A DNA stretch of 64,000 nucleotides, taken from contig NC_068983.1 of the NCBI RefSeq assembly GCF_001194135.2, positions 7,218,351 to 7,282,350 on the forward strand, read 5' to 3'. Position 1 is the stretch's first letter; each line of letters opens with the position of its first letter. Position numbers and translations under genes: made by a program. Positions 36,954 to 50,322 of this stretch are shown piece after piece. This stretch comes from Octopus bimaculoides. Taxonomy: Eukaryota. The notes under the pieces are model-generated. The model made no database searches. It was given only the letters and a program-made list of their open reading frames with translations, and was not told the origin of the DNA.

Positions 36954-37120
36954 ATAATATGTGACAATTATTCGGTTGCCACAATAAAACTCTGAGTTTC
37001 GGATGTTGAGGCAGAAATCTGCTCCAGCATCTCGTCAGTTGAGATGCTGGAGCAGATTTCCACACCGACATCCGAAACTCTGAGTTTTATTATGGCAATT
37101 GAAAAGCTGTCACATATTTT
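36954..37120 (-). mobile_element. 80-bp-arm palindrome containing a minus-strand hammerhead-like motif
   Basis: Arms 36954-37033 and 37041-37120 align without indels around a 7-nt loop. Minus strand reads aa-CTGACGA-GATG...CATC-C-GAA-ACTCAGAGT-T. Confidence 0.55.
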
Positions 37121-37298
37121 ACAGATAAATTCCTCTATTTACATAATATCGAGGTCTCATTCATTCTTTTGTTGTCATACCATTATTATTAATAATATAT
37201 ATATACATATGTCTTAGGCTTCTGTCAATGCACATGACCTAGAAAATATTGTTTAAAAGCCTAGTGAAGATTAATACTTCTGTAAAAATAATACTGAC

Positions 37299-37394
37299 CA
37301 CAGGTGGGCTCTGGTAACTTTAACCTTTCTGTCAATGCATATAAATGCAGGGTAGACATCTGAAATGGTTCTTTTGCTTGAAGGATTAATTCTC
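37299..37394 (-). CDS. NISCH: Nischarin exon
   Basis: ttccag|(G)ELILQAKEPFQMSTLHLYALTERLKLPEPTC+G|gtcagt, 96 nt, phase 1-1. Confidence 0.92.
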
Positions 37395-37489
37395 CTGGAA
37401 GAGAAACAGCACTTTAGCCAGTAATACAACAATGCATTATACATTCTAACAAAATCAAATCAAATTACAATCAAATGGAAATAGTAGTT

Positions 37490-37805
37490 GTGACCCCTGT
37501 GCCAGTGGCACGTAAAAAGCACCATCGAGACGTGGCTGATAACAGTGCCACCTTGACTGGCTTCCGTGCCGGTGGCACGTAAAAAGCACCATCCAGACGT
37601 GGCTGATAACAGTACCCCCTGATTGGCTCCTGTGCCAGTGGCATGTAAAAAGCACCCACTCTACTCTCAGAGTGGTTGGCATTAGGAAGGGCATCCATCT
37701 GGAGAAACCTTGCCAGATCAGATTGGAACCTGGAGCAGCCTACTGGCTTGCCAGTCCTCAGTCAAACTGTCCAACCCATGCCAGCATGGAAAACGGACAT
37801 TAAAC

Positions 37806-37837
<32 letters not shown>
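37490..37837 (+). mobile_element. (ATG)n-tailed interspersed repeat with 5' tandem subrepeats (family D)
   Basis: Repeated gtgccagtggcacgtaaaaagcacc units, then ...ttaggaagggcatcc...catggaaaacggacattaaacgatgatgatg. Other copies at about 24711-24930, 50925-51430, 59270-59660 and inverted at 48926-49160 and 53735-53975. Confidence 0.8.
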
Positions 37838-37838
<1 letters not shown>

Positions 37839-38072
37839 ATATGATGCATTTCAGTACGTGTGTGTATGCACCCAACTAATTTTATTTTTTCACATAAAAT
37901 TCTGATTTAATCATAATATACATCATCTGAAAAGTTTCCAGAGTAGAAGTCTTCGTAAAAAATTATCCATTTTACTGAAAGTTATGAGGAAACAAAGTCG
38001 GAGGTGGGTGAGGCACTTGCGATGGTCTGTCAAAAGGACATTCTGAGAGTAACAACAAAATCATATACATAC

Positions 38073-38121
38073 CTCGGTTATATAAGTCTTCTGCTAATGC
38101 CTGTGTTATACCATGAATCTC
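38073..38121 (-). CDS. NISCH: Nischarin exon
   Basis: ttgtag|EIHGITQALAEDLYNR+G|gtatgt, 49 nt, phase 0-1. Matches EINGITAALAEELFEK. Confidence 0.93.
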
Positions 38122-39482
38122 CTACAAAACAACAAATACACCCATTGTTATCACACTCAGTTTATTTCTATTCAAACAATCAATAATACGGTGTATATTT
38201 TTTCTGAGATGTGTTTTATTGTGATGTCTGTTTTTTTAAATATTAGCAACAGTGTATGTAATTGGGATCTTTAATATAATAGCTTTACAGAGACTGGTTT
38301 GTAACTTTGGATGTTCAAGGATCGAACCTTCAGTTTGGGGACTGCTTAGGGGGTATGTGTCAGGTCTACATCAGTAATTGGATTTTTTTTAGATGATTAC
38401 TCTTTTNNNNNNNNNNNNNNNNNNNNNNNNNNNNNNNNNNNNNNNNNNNNNNNNNNNNNNNNNNNNNNNNNNNNNNNNNNNNNNNNNNNNNNNNNNNNNN
38501 NNNNNNNNNNNNNNNNNNNNNNNNNNNNNNNNNNNNNNNNNNNNNNNNNNNNNNNNNNNNNNNNNNNNNNNNNNNNNNNNNNNNNNNNNNNNNNNNNNNN
38601 NNNNNNNNNNNNNNNNNNNNNNNNNNNNNNNNNNNNNNNNNNNNNNNNNNNNNNNNNNNNNNNNNNNNNNNNNNNNNNNNNNNNNNNNNNNNNNNNNNNN
38701 NNNNNNNNNNNNNNNNNNNNNNNNNNNNNNNNNNNNNNNNNNNNNNNNNNNNNNNNNNNNNNNNNNNNNNNNNNNNNNNNATATATATATATATATATAT
38801 ATATATACGACGGGCTTCTTTCAGTTTCCGTCTAGCAAATCCACTTACAAGGCTTTGGTCGGCCAGGAATTCCTATTGGTTTAAAGATTTCTTCTTCCCA
38901 AAAGAATACCACAATTATAGCAGAATGGTTCGTTTCTTGCCTAACAATATAGCAACAGAGAACCATGCGTGTGTGTGAGAGAATGAGTGAGTGAGAGTGT
39001 GTGTGTGAAAATACCAGTGATTTTGTGGTAAAGGGATGTTTAAAACATTCCCTTCTCAGCTATAGGGATCTGACACATTCCACCTATTTACCCTTCTATA
39101 CTGCCAGTCATTACCAGCTGCTCTCCCTTTCTTTCTCCTTCTCTTCGTGGTGAACGTATAACTGCCATCACTCACTCTCTTCCATTACTCCTCTTTCTAT
39201 CATAATCTCTCCTCAATTCACAAGATTTTATTCATCACACTCTCATTCTGTCATCTTCAGTCATCACTGTGGCATTCATTTGCAGAAGTCATGTAAAAAA
39301 AAGATGAAATATGAGTGAAGCATGGCTCCTGACCCATCTAGAAAAGGCAGCAAATAAAACAGAAGCAGACCATAACGAAATTGTTCAACCCATACCAGTA
39401 TGTATGTATGTGTGTGTGTGTTGCATGTACATGTTTGTTTGTGTATGCATGCAAGCATGTCGGTTGAACGTGTTTCACTTAC

Positions 39483-39665
39483 ATATTTGTTGAAGTCAAG
39501 AAAGTATGCCAAGACCGGAGGTATTTTCTGTGCCAAGTAAAACAGAATTGTCTGCAAATAAACTTCCAAGTCATTTTGTCGTTTCTTAATGAAGGTTTCA
39601 GATTGGTTACCAAACAATTTCTTTGGTGGAAGTAGACTTTTATCAATCTTGAAAGTGGATACAAG
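39483..39665 (-). CDS. NISCH: Nischarin exon, PX domain
   Basis: tttcag|LVSTFKIDKSLLPPKKLFGNQSETFIKKRQNDLEVYLQTILFYLAQKIPPVLAYFLDFNKY|gtaagt, 183 nt, phase 0-0. LPPKK and R..LE.YLQ are PX motifs. Confidence 0.95.
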
Positions 39666-40634
39666 CTGAAATGGAAACAATTACATTAGAATTTCGGTTA
39701 CACAGCTGGCAACATACGCACAGCTCTTTTAGACTAGCATCGATGTCCATTGTGGTAGTGGTAGCAGACGTTATTGTTTAACCTAAAGTCAGGTCTAGTC
39801 CAGCAAACCTGTGATCAAAAATACTCTGACCATCAACATCCTGTTCTCTTCTCAGTATTTTGGAATTGTATTAAAGAGTATAAAAGACAGAAGGGTGTAA
39901 TTTTAAGCAACCATTGTAATTATCAAGGGAGGGTGCCATTTGAGGAACATCTGGTTGCTATTTCATGCAAGTTGAGCAACCATGTAGAGCAACCATGGTG
40001 GTAGTAGTAGTAGTAGTAGTAGAAAGGAAAGAAGGAAGGAAGAGACAATAGTACAGCAACCTTGTTAGTGATATGAAGTATGTAGAATGATTATACAAAA
40101 CACGAATTAAGACAATTGTAACTAGTGAAACTCGAGGAAATTTCACATTTTGTAAATTTTCTTCTATTTTAACGTACAAATTTATAAGTTTTTCATAACT
40201 CTTATATTGTCATCATCGTTTAACATCAGCCTTCCATGCTGGCATAGATAGGATGGTTTGACAGGAGTAAGCCAGGTAGAAGCCTGCGACTGTTTTGGCA
40301 GGATTTTTACAGCTGGATGCCCTTCCTAGTACCAACCACTCAGCAGATGTTCAATAATTTATATTAGATTTTTGACTTACATCCATAGTTAAGCTCATTT
40401 AAAGTGTAACACACAAATTTGTTACAGTTATGTCTTTGACTTTGTTCCATAATTACATAAGCACATGTAGATGATATTGATATGTGCTCATGTAAAACAA
40501 TAAGCATGTATAAGGGTGTCGACTGGTGGCACATTCTTGTCTGTTACTTTATTTTACTGACTCTCCCAAGAAAGAAAGGCAAAACGATGTTGGCTGAATT
40601 TGAAATCAGAATGTAAAGTGATGTAACAAATAAA

Positions 40635-41222
40635 CCTTCCACTATAGGCACAAGGCCAGTCACTGATGTTGACCCAGTACTCAACTGGTACTTTATTTTA
40701 TAAATGCTTTAAGAATGAAAAGTAAAGTTGACCATTGCAGAATTTGAACTCAGAACATCAAGACAGATGAAATGGTACTCAGCATTTTGTCTGGCAAGCT
40801 AACGATTCTACCAACTCATCACTTTTAGCAGTAAAACAAATAATCCTTTCTACTATAGACACAAGGCCTGAAATTTTGGGGGAGGGGACAAGTTGATTAC
40901 ATTGACCCCAGTGTTTCACTGGTACTTAATTTATCGACCCCGAAAGGATGAAAGGCAAAGTTGACCTCAGTGGAATTTGAACTCAAACAATTCTGCCAGC
41001 TCACTGCCTTACTACCAATAATAATAATAATCTTTTCTACTATAGGCACAAAGGAGAGAGTCCATTACATCAACCCCAGTATGCAACTGGTGGTACTTAT
41101 TTTAACAACCTCACAAGGATGAAAGGTAAAGTCAACCTCAGCGGAATTTGAACTCAGAACATAAAAATAGCTGACGTGCCACTAAGCATTTTACCTGAAA
41201 TGCTAATGATTCTGCCAGCTCA

Positions 41223-41225
<3 letters not shown>
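40635..41225 (-). mobile_element. Cluster of three family-B SINE copies
   Basis: Repeated ggatgaaagg..aagt.gacctc.g.ggaatttgaactcag blocks. Other minus copies at about 16095-16270, 25420-25620 and 49195-49400. Confidence 0.75.
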
Positions 41226-41262
<37 letters not shown>

Positions 41263-41915
41263 GCCTGGATCCAGTACCAGGCAGTGGCTCTCATGGTTTC
41301 TGATCTTAATTGGTTGGAAGTGTTATCATGTACATTGTTTTGTCCTGGTATAAAAAGATGGGCTGCAGCAAATATTCTGCTCAATACCAAAGATTTGCTT
41401 GTCAGTTGTTTGACCTTAACCAGTTGAGCATGTCCCTTGGTGGCTGACGATATGTGCATCTTTGATCATGAGCAGAAGTAGTGGGGGAGCATCATAGCCA
41501 TGTGTTGAGAGGAATTCTTTAGGGCTTGAATAATTCGCCTTTGGAAACATGGTTGTTTTGCTCAACATCCTTAAACAAACCTTATTCAGGGACCTTTTGA
41601 GCGGGATGGGCTACTCGACCTGAAAAAAATTCTAACTGGGCCCCACCTGCGAGGTCATGCGCTGTTTATCTTGATATGAGATCACCGTGTCGCGCACATA
41701 TGGTTGTGATTCATGTACCTGGTGTACCCTTATCAGACGGGTAGTCATGATGGGTATAATTGAAGAACCCAATGCACTGCCTGGTCTGGGAATCGAAACA
41801 ACACAATCTTGCAATCATGAGTGCAACACCCTAACCACAAGGCCACCATCCTCTCTCTCACACACACAAATCATTATTAACAGAAAAATTTAAACAGAGT
41901 AAAGAAATGAATTAC

Positions 41916-41999
41916 CTTGTCATGCAGATCATGGAAATCGCTATATCGATGCCTGACACACCATGTGTAGGGGCCAATTGTTACCTCGATAACATACAC
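41916..41999 (-). CDS. NISCH: Nischarin exon, PX domain N-terminal part (first exon located)
   Basis: ttctag|[28 protein letters not shown]|gtaatt, 84 nt, phase 0-0. Contains the PX motif HRYSDF and matches human [27 protein letters not shown] as recalled. Confidence 0.95.
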
Positions 42000-42075
42000 C
42001 TAGAAAATACAGAAATAATAAGGTATAAAGAGAGATGGAAGGAATACATTTTCTCAATATAGCTATGGGAAATGT

Positions 42076-42117
<42 letters not shown>

Positions 42118-42196
42118 CCATGTGTGTGTGGGTGTCCATGTCTATGTCTCTGTATCCATGTGTGTGTGTGTGTGTGTGTGTATGTGTGTATTCCCT

Positions 42197-42588
42197 TACT
42201 CTTTTACTTGTTTCAGTCATTTGACTGTGGCCATGCTGGAGCACCGCCTTTAGTCGAGCAAATCGACCCCACGACTTATTCTTTGGAAGCCTAGTACTTA
42301 TTCTATCGGGCTCTTTTTGCCGAACCGCTAAGTTACGGGGACGTAAACACACCAGCATCGGTTGTCAAGCTATGTTGGGGGGGACAAACACAAACACACA
42401 TACACATATATATATATATACATATATACGATGGGCTTCTTTCAGTTTCCGTCTACCAAATCCACTCACAAAGCTTTGGTTGGCCCGAGGCTATAGTAGA
42501 AGACACTTGCCCAAGGAGCCACGCAGTGGGACTGAACCCGGAACCATATGGTTGGTAAGCAAGCTACATACCACACAGCCACTCCTGC
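42197..42588 (-). mobile_element. Composite tRNA/CORE-like SINE with internal microsatellite (family C)
   Basis: Near-complete copy. Homologues at 28244-28627(-), 31365-31690(-), 62180-62550(-), 10523-10770(+), 48305-48755(+), 54573-54954(+) and 55457-55740(+). Confidence 0.85.
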
Positions 42589-45500
42589 ACCTTGTTGAAT
42601 AAACAGCCAGGTGAAACTTAAAATCCTAGTTCATATGAACTTAACAATACTGTATCTTAAATCTCCCCACACCCACGACGACCACCACCAGCAAATGTCA
42701 TGTTGTTACTCATAAACTAGTTTTCAAATAATAACCTCAATTCAAAATATAATATTTGCCTTTCATACTTTCAGAGTTGATAAAATAAATTCCAATTGAG
42801 CACAGGAGGAGGCGCGGGGAGTAGTCAGTGCCCTCGCCTACAAAAATTTCAAGCCTTGTGCCTATAGTAGAAAGGATTCTTATAGGTAACTTGAAAAACA
42901 GGTGAGGTGTGGTCACAGAAAACACATGAAGCATCAAACGTAAAATTCTAGCCAATATGAATTTAACAATATTGAGTATTAAGTCTCCTCCTACCACCAC
43001 CGCCAATACCACCACTAGCAAATCCTGCCTCAATCACAACCATCTTAAGATAGGAAGGGAGCATTAGATAATGGAGACATGGATAGATGATGTCGGGTAC
43101 ACAGGGACCAGTCATGGCGAGAACATCTTTGATATAAAGGCTGCTAGAGCAAAATCGACTTAAGAACTCTCTAAATCCATGTAACCCACTAATGTTAATA
43201 ACTTATTTAAACACAAATAAAACAGAGAGTAAAACGATGTAGCAAAGACATTTATAGATCTAAATAATAATTATTGATTAATAAAACCAAAGCTAAAGGC
43301 TGTAAGAAGAGAAAAAGTAGTTTGAACACGAAGTGGATTGATTAAATGGAAGATCTCTGAGAGTGTTCTCCCACTGCAACCAGGGATACTAGAAACATTG
43401 GCCATGAATAAACGTCAATAACAAGCAGTTACATCAAATGTATTATCGTCATTATTTAACGTCCACTTTTCTGTGCTTGCATGGGTCAGAAGCAAATTTT
43501 GGTGAGGCAGATTTTTTTTATGGCTGGATGCTCTTCTTGTCACCAACCCTTGCCTGTTTCCAAGTAAGGTAATATTTACCCATGACCAGACAAGTATGTT
43601 GGTGATGCTCTTTTATAGGTATCTCATGATATCAAGAAAAGGGTACACACACAAAATGGGCTTTGTCACACACACACACATACATACAAAATGGGCTTCT
43701 TTCATTTTCAATTCACTCACAAAGCTTTGGTTGACCTGTAGGTAAAATAGAAGATGCTTCTTTAACTGCACAACCACATCTGCACCTTGAGTAAAACAAG
43801 ACAATGTTACAGATTTAAAGAGGGAACTGTAAGAAAATGAAGCACTTTTAATCAATATTGCTAAAACAGATCCAATATGTTATGGGATGACACTATCATC
43901 ATCTTCTAAGTTTGGATGGGTTCAAGCTGCATGCAAGAAATAAACAACAAACAACTGAACTTAATGTTACATATGGTGCACAGATTCATTAGTGAAATTA
44001 AGTATGACATTTAACTTAGGGAAAATGTGCCAAGGCTAACCTGAAGGGAAGAAGACCTAGTAAAAATCTGTAATATCATGTTAGATAAAACTCAGAGATA
44101 AGAAAATTCAACCAAGCTCAGACTTAAAAACACTTTAAAAATCTGTGTACTAAACAAAGGGCAGAACACACACACACACACACATACTTTATTGATCCTG
44201 GAATTGTGCCATCTACTCTTATTACAATATAATGGTTTCTACCTTTGGTACATGATTGGTTCATATTTAATCAGCCTTGGGGAGATTTGATTTGAACTAA
44301 GATTGTAAAGGAACATAAAATATTTCAAGTGATTTTGTTCATCAGTTTACAAACTCTATAATTCTGTTTCATTTGCTTACAAACATCCTCATTGCTCTTA
44401 TCAACATTATCGTTATTAATAAATTAATTAATGTCTACCATTCCATGGTGCTTAAATACAAGAGAACAAAACACCCCAGCCAACAGTGAGGTTAATACAA
44501 TATCAACCACCATTACATGGCTAAACCAACACCATCACCAGCTTTTATTGGTAGCCATTTTCAGCTGAGGGGACTGAGGCAACATAAAAATAAAGTGTCT
44601 TGCTCAAGGACACAACCTGTTGCCCTGTCCAAGACTGAAGCCCACAACTTAATAATTAGGGGCCTGACATCCAAACCACTATGTCATAATTTTACTTCAG
44701 CTTTTTTTTTTTTTACCCAAATCAACACACACAGACACAGACACACACCAACTTCAGTTTCACAGCTGATAAATACAATAGATAGAATATGATTTTTCAA
44801 AATAATTACAATAACCTCTGACTTCTTGAACCAGAAGATAACACACTTTCACACACATTACTTTCTACAGCCTAGATACAATAATTGTGACACAGTATAC
44901 TAGCTGCTTAGAGCATTGCCATTATCAAAGTCATCATCATCAACAGCACTTGTACTAAACACTGGAAGCAATTTGGCACAACAGAGTAACACTCAATAAT
45001 CTAGATTTACATAAATCATAGTAGCTTATTGGTTTGATATAACGCGCGCGCGCGTGCGTGCATGCGTGCGTGTGTTAACATGTACCTCCTTGCAACAATG
45101 TAAACTTCCATTTAATCAAGATACCCTTGGCCTAACGAGTAGCCTGCAGTATACACCTCACTTGGATATTTACCACTTCCAAGGTTCTGCTTGCTATGAA
45201 ACACATGTTGCCCGGACCTTATCTACTCCTCAACTCTTGTATTCTTATTCACATACCCTGGCAGCCTTGGACACCTACCGTGAAATATAAAAAAATTTCT
45301 TTAGCTTATCTTCGATACGAAAAAATCCATAACCTTCTGTCTCAATAATCCACTATTGTTCCTGAAAGTTGTTTTTTTTTTAATATTTACTACAGATTGC
45401 TAACTTTTGTCCTACACTTTGATCCTTGGATCTTACACACACATATATAATTATATATTAGTNNNNNNNNNNNNNNNNNNNNNNNNNNNNNNNNNNNNNN

Positions 45501-46873
45501 NNNNNNNNNNNNNNNNNNNNNNNNNNNNNNNNNNNNNNNNNNNNNNNNNNNNNNNNNNNNNNNNNNNNNNNNNNNNNNNNNNNNNNNNNNNNNNNNNNNN
45601 NNNNNNNNNNNNNNNNNNNNNNNNNNNNNNNNNNNNNNNNNNNNNNNNNNNNNNNNNNNNNNNNNNNNNNNNNNNNNNNNNNNNNNNNNNNNNNNNNNNN
45701 NNNNNNNNNNNNNNNNNNNNNNNNNNNNNNNNNNNNNNNNNNNNNNNNNNNNNNNNNNNNNNNNNNNNNNNNNNNNNNNNNNNNNNNNNNNNNNNNNNNN
45801 NNNNNNNNNNNNNNNNNNNNNNNNNNNNNNNNNNNNNNNNNNNNNNNNNNNNNNNNNNNNNNNNNNNNNNNNNNNNNNNNNNNNNNNNNNNNNNNNNNNN
45901 NNNNNNNNNNNNNNNNNNNNNNNNNNNNNNNNNNNNNNNNNNNNNNNNNNNNNNNNNNNNNNNNNNNNNNNNNNNNNNNNNNNNNNNNNNNNNNNNNNNN
46001 NNNNNNNNNNNNNNNNNNNNNNNNNNNNNNNNNNNNNNNNNNNNNNNNNNNNNNNNNNNNNNNNNNNNNNNNNNNNNNNNNNNNNNNNNNNNNNNNNNNN
46101 NNNNNNNNNNNNNNNNNNNNNNNNNNNNNNNNNNNNNNNNNNNNNNNNNNNNNNNNNNNNNNNNNNNNNNNNNNNNNNNNNNNNNNNNNNNNNNNNNNNN
46201 NNNNNNNNNNNNNNNNNNNNNNNNNNNNNNNNNNNNNNNNNNNNNNNNNNNNNNNNNNNNNNNNNNNNNNNNNNNNNNNNNNNNNNNNNNNNNNNNNNNN
46301 NNNNNNNNNNNNNNNNNNNNNNNNNNNNNNNNNNNNNNNNNNNNNNNNTAAACAACCTTGCCCGGACTTGTGCCTGGGAGGGTAACTTCCTAGGTGCAAT
46401 CCCATGGTCAGTCATGACCGAAGGGAAGGGGGGGGGGCTCCTATATATATACACATATATACACACATATAATCAGTGTTTTATGATTGTCTGTTTCTTC
46501 AAGCTGGCATGAGCTACATGGTATTCTAACCAGATGCCCTTCTGATCAACAGCCATTTTAGCCACCTCTTCTTACAACACACAACACAGAGACCCTAATC
46601 TAAAACCAGACACCATACAGTGGCATGTGCGTGTGTTTGCGTGTATAAAATCTCTCTGATGTATACATTACTACTGACACAGATTTAACACCCATTATAA
46701 AGTTATAATGGGTGTATGTGTGTGAGCATTTATGTAGCATTTAATGTCCGTCTTCCATGCTGAAATCTTTTTTGATCACATGAGAAATTTTGAAGCTAAT
46801 AATATATAAAACGTTGCATGACATCAACAAATTTCACAAAGGACAAAGAAAAATGTTGAAATAACCTACTTGT

Positions 46874-46919
<46 letters not shown>

Positions 46920-48454
46920 ATGTACTATATTCACTAACCAACAAACATACCAACAAAGAACCCTCTTTGTGATCACTCAACCGGATGGTAATAGCAACCA
47001 AATTTCCCTCAAATCATGCCTTAAGTCTCACAATGGATAATGTGGTCCTAGGTAAATGGTGTTTGAAAAACACAATGCTCACAACTAGAATACCTTTGAT
47101 CACAGGTCAGCTTGACCAACAGTGGCCTGAGGCTAACAACACTCATGTTGCTTCTAGTCAGTTTACCAAGCTAACCAATTAATGCGTCAAACATACATTG
47201 TAAGACGTGCCAAAATCATGAATTGTGAGATTATCTAATTGTAAGACGTGCGAATATATCCAACAGGTCACATACAGATTTATAAACATTAGCCCACTGT
47301 TAGTAGCTGGAAAAATTATATTGTTTACTTCATCACCAAATACCACAAAAAGATTAAAAGAGATCTGATTTTGTCACATAAGGATTAAAAATATAATAAT
47401 CACAAATTAATATAATAATCTCTTGGAAATACACAGTCTGCATTTCAGTTAATTTCGAAATTGGTCAAGTATTTAGAGGGATTCAATAAAATAACTTTGT
47501 CCAAGTAAAATGGAGTTTTGAACACATTTATTCATTTCAGTACCTTACCAGGGCACTGCCTTAAAAGGTACAGTTGAACAAATTGACCCTAGTCTTTTTT
47601 TCTTTTTTTTTTTTAAAGTCTGGTACCTATTCTGTCAGTCTCTTTTGCCAAACTGCTAATGTTACAGGGACATAATCAAACTAACAATGAACTTCTTAAC
47701 CACATAGCAATGAGACAGTCTGGACATGTACACTCTCTCTACTGTCCAGTCAACTTCTGCACACTTGTGGTTTAGTTCCAGGTCAATATGCACCGACCAC
47801 ACAGACCTACAATCACAGATATACTATCCATGACCATCTATCCTTCTTGTATATCCATGAAGTGCATTATCCACCACAAGGTCCGGTCCTTTTTGCATTG
47901 TGATGGCTAGTATACCCAAATGATCCTGAGAGCTATGCTAGTCGGGTGAAAATTCAATGTGAATTTTCATTGCTTTTTTTCTTAAGATGGTAGGGTGTGA
48001 TTTGAAGGTGATGTAACTTTTTTTTTTTTCTCCTATCAGGTCAAACAAATGACTACACAGACCTTCCAACAGCTGGTGGTGGTGGTGATGGCAGCTATAG
48101 CAGAGGCGGAAAAGGTGAAGTCAGTCAGAGCTTCATAGCTGTTGTGTCCCTCTACCCTTATCATTAGAGGTATGTACACCAAAACAGTGTTTGAAACAGC
48201 TGTTAAAGAGGGTATTTGAAACATATGACTAACAATGTATGTTAAGGATGTGGTAATTTTAAGAACAACATATACACACAAGAAAAATAAATTTTTAAAA
48301 GGATCATGTGGTTAAGAAGCTTGCTTTGCAACCACGTGGCTTCATGTTCAATACCATTGCACAGTACCTTGGGCAAACATCTTTTGCTATACGTCAGGGC
48401 CAATCAAGACCTTGTGAATCGATTTGGTAAACAGAGGCTATATGGAAGCCCATC

Positions 48455-48506
<52 letters not shown>

Positions 48507-48516
48507 NNNNNNNNNN

Positions 48517-48552
<36 letters not shown>

Positions 48553-50281
48553 TCCTCCACCACTGCTTAACAAGTATTGGTTTCTTTATACCCCTGTAAC
48601 TTAGCAGGTCAGCAAAAGAGACCAATATAATAAATACTAGACTTTAAAATAAATAAATAAATAAATAAAATACCAAGGTCAATTTGTGTGACTAAACTCT
48701 TCAAGGCAATACCCCAGCATGGCCACAACACAATGACTAAAACAAGATAAAAGACGCAAAAATGATAAAGCAAAAATGCAATACAAACGTCCAAACACCA
48801 GTTGAACAAAGTCACCGTGACTATACAATATAAAATAAACAAACAGAGAAAGAAATAAACAAGAGGAAAAGTTAGGAAAGAAATACAGCAGCAAACTATA
48901 AACCAAACACTGTTGGAAATCTAATATCATCATCATCATTTAACGTCCGTTGTCCATGCTGGCATGGGTTGGATGGTTTGACCAAGGCTGGTAAGCTGAG
49001 GGGTTGCATCTGACTCCAGTCTGATTTGGTATGGTTTTTATGGCTGCATGCCCTTCCTAACTCCTATCACTCAGAGAGTGTAATGGGTGCTTTTACATGT
49101 CACCACTCTCTATCACAACTACTATTTCGCTTGGCTTGATGGGTCTTCTACTCGAGAACGGCATATTGCCAAAGGTTTCATATTTCTTTATTGCCCACAA
49201 GGGGCTAAACATAGAGGGGACAAACAAGGACAGACAAAGGGATTAAGTTGATTACATTGACCCCAGTGCGTAACTGGTACTTAATCTATCAACCCCGAAA
49301 GGATGAAAGTCAACCTCGGCGGAATTTGAACTCAGAACGTCACGGCAGACGAAATACCACTAAGCATTTCGCCCGGCATGCCAACGTTTCTGAAAGCTTG
49401 CAGCCTTTTGCCAAAGGTTTCAATCATTTGTCATTGCCTCCGTGAGGCCCAATGTTTGAAAGGTGTGTTTTACAAGTCATCAGCACAGGTGCCAGTTATG
49501 TGACACAGGGATTGGCCACAACTACGATTTTATTTGCCATCTCACATGTATACTCTTTATGACAAGAGATGGGTTGGGGGTACCACATCAATTCTGAAAA
49601 AGAAGGGCTGACAACACTGACATAACAAAGGGAGAAGCAACAAATATTTAAAGACAAAATATTAAAAAATATCTACAAAAACTATTACCAAATAAATGTC
49701 AAGTGAATACAGGGCTGGATTAAGACCCAGAAAGGCCCTAAGCACTTGATTGATTTTGGTAACCCCATATATATGTTCCAAGCTATTGTTAAACATACAA
49801 AGGTGTGTGTGTGTGTATGTATACATTTTATACATATATAAAGAGAGGAGGGGATGTAGTCATCAATCCCCTGCAGTTGTTGTTCAGGATTACTTTCAGT
49901 GCCCTCAGCACAACAGGATCTGCCTATCTCATGGTGTTTTTTACATGCCACCTTCACAGGAGCCAGTCCAGTGGCACTGGCAACAACCTTGCTCGAATGT
50001 TTTTTCACGTGCCACCAGCACAAGTGCCAGTAAGGCGACGCTGGTAATGATCACGCTCAAATACTGCTATTTACGTGCCACTGGCACGGAAGCCAGACAA
50101 CTGCTCTGGCAATGATCACGCTCAGACGGTGCTCTTAGCACTCCACTGGCACGGGTGCCAGTCATCTAATTTGGTTCAATCACAATTTCGATATATATAT
50201 AAATATATTATTACCATCATCATTTTATGTTCATCTTCTATGCTAGCATGTGTTGGACAGTTTGTCAGGACTGTGTCAGAC

Positions 50282-50322
<41 letters not shown>

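Noticed and set aside
17063-46466. Long ORFs made of X residues
   Set aside because: Artefacts of translation across N gaps.
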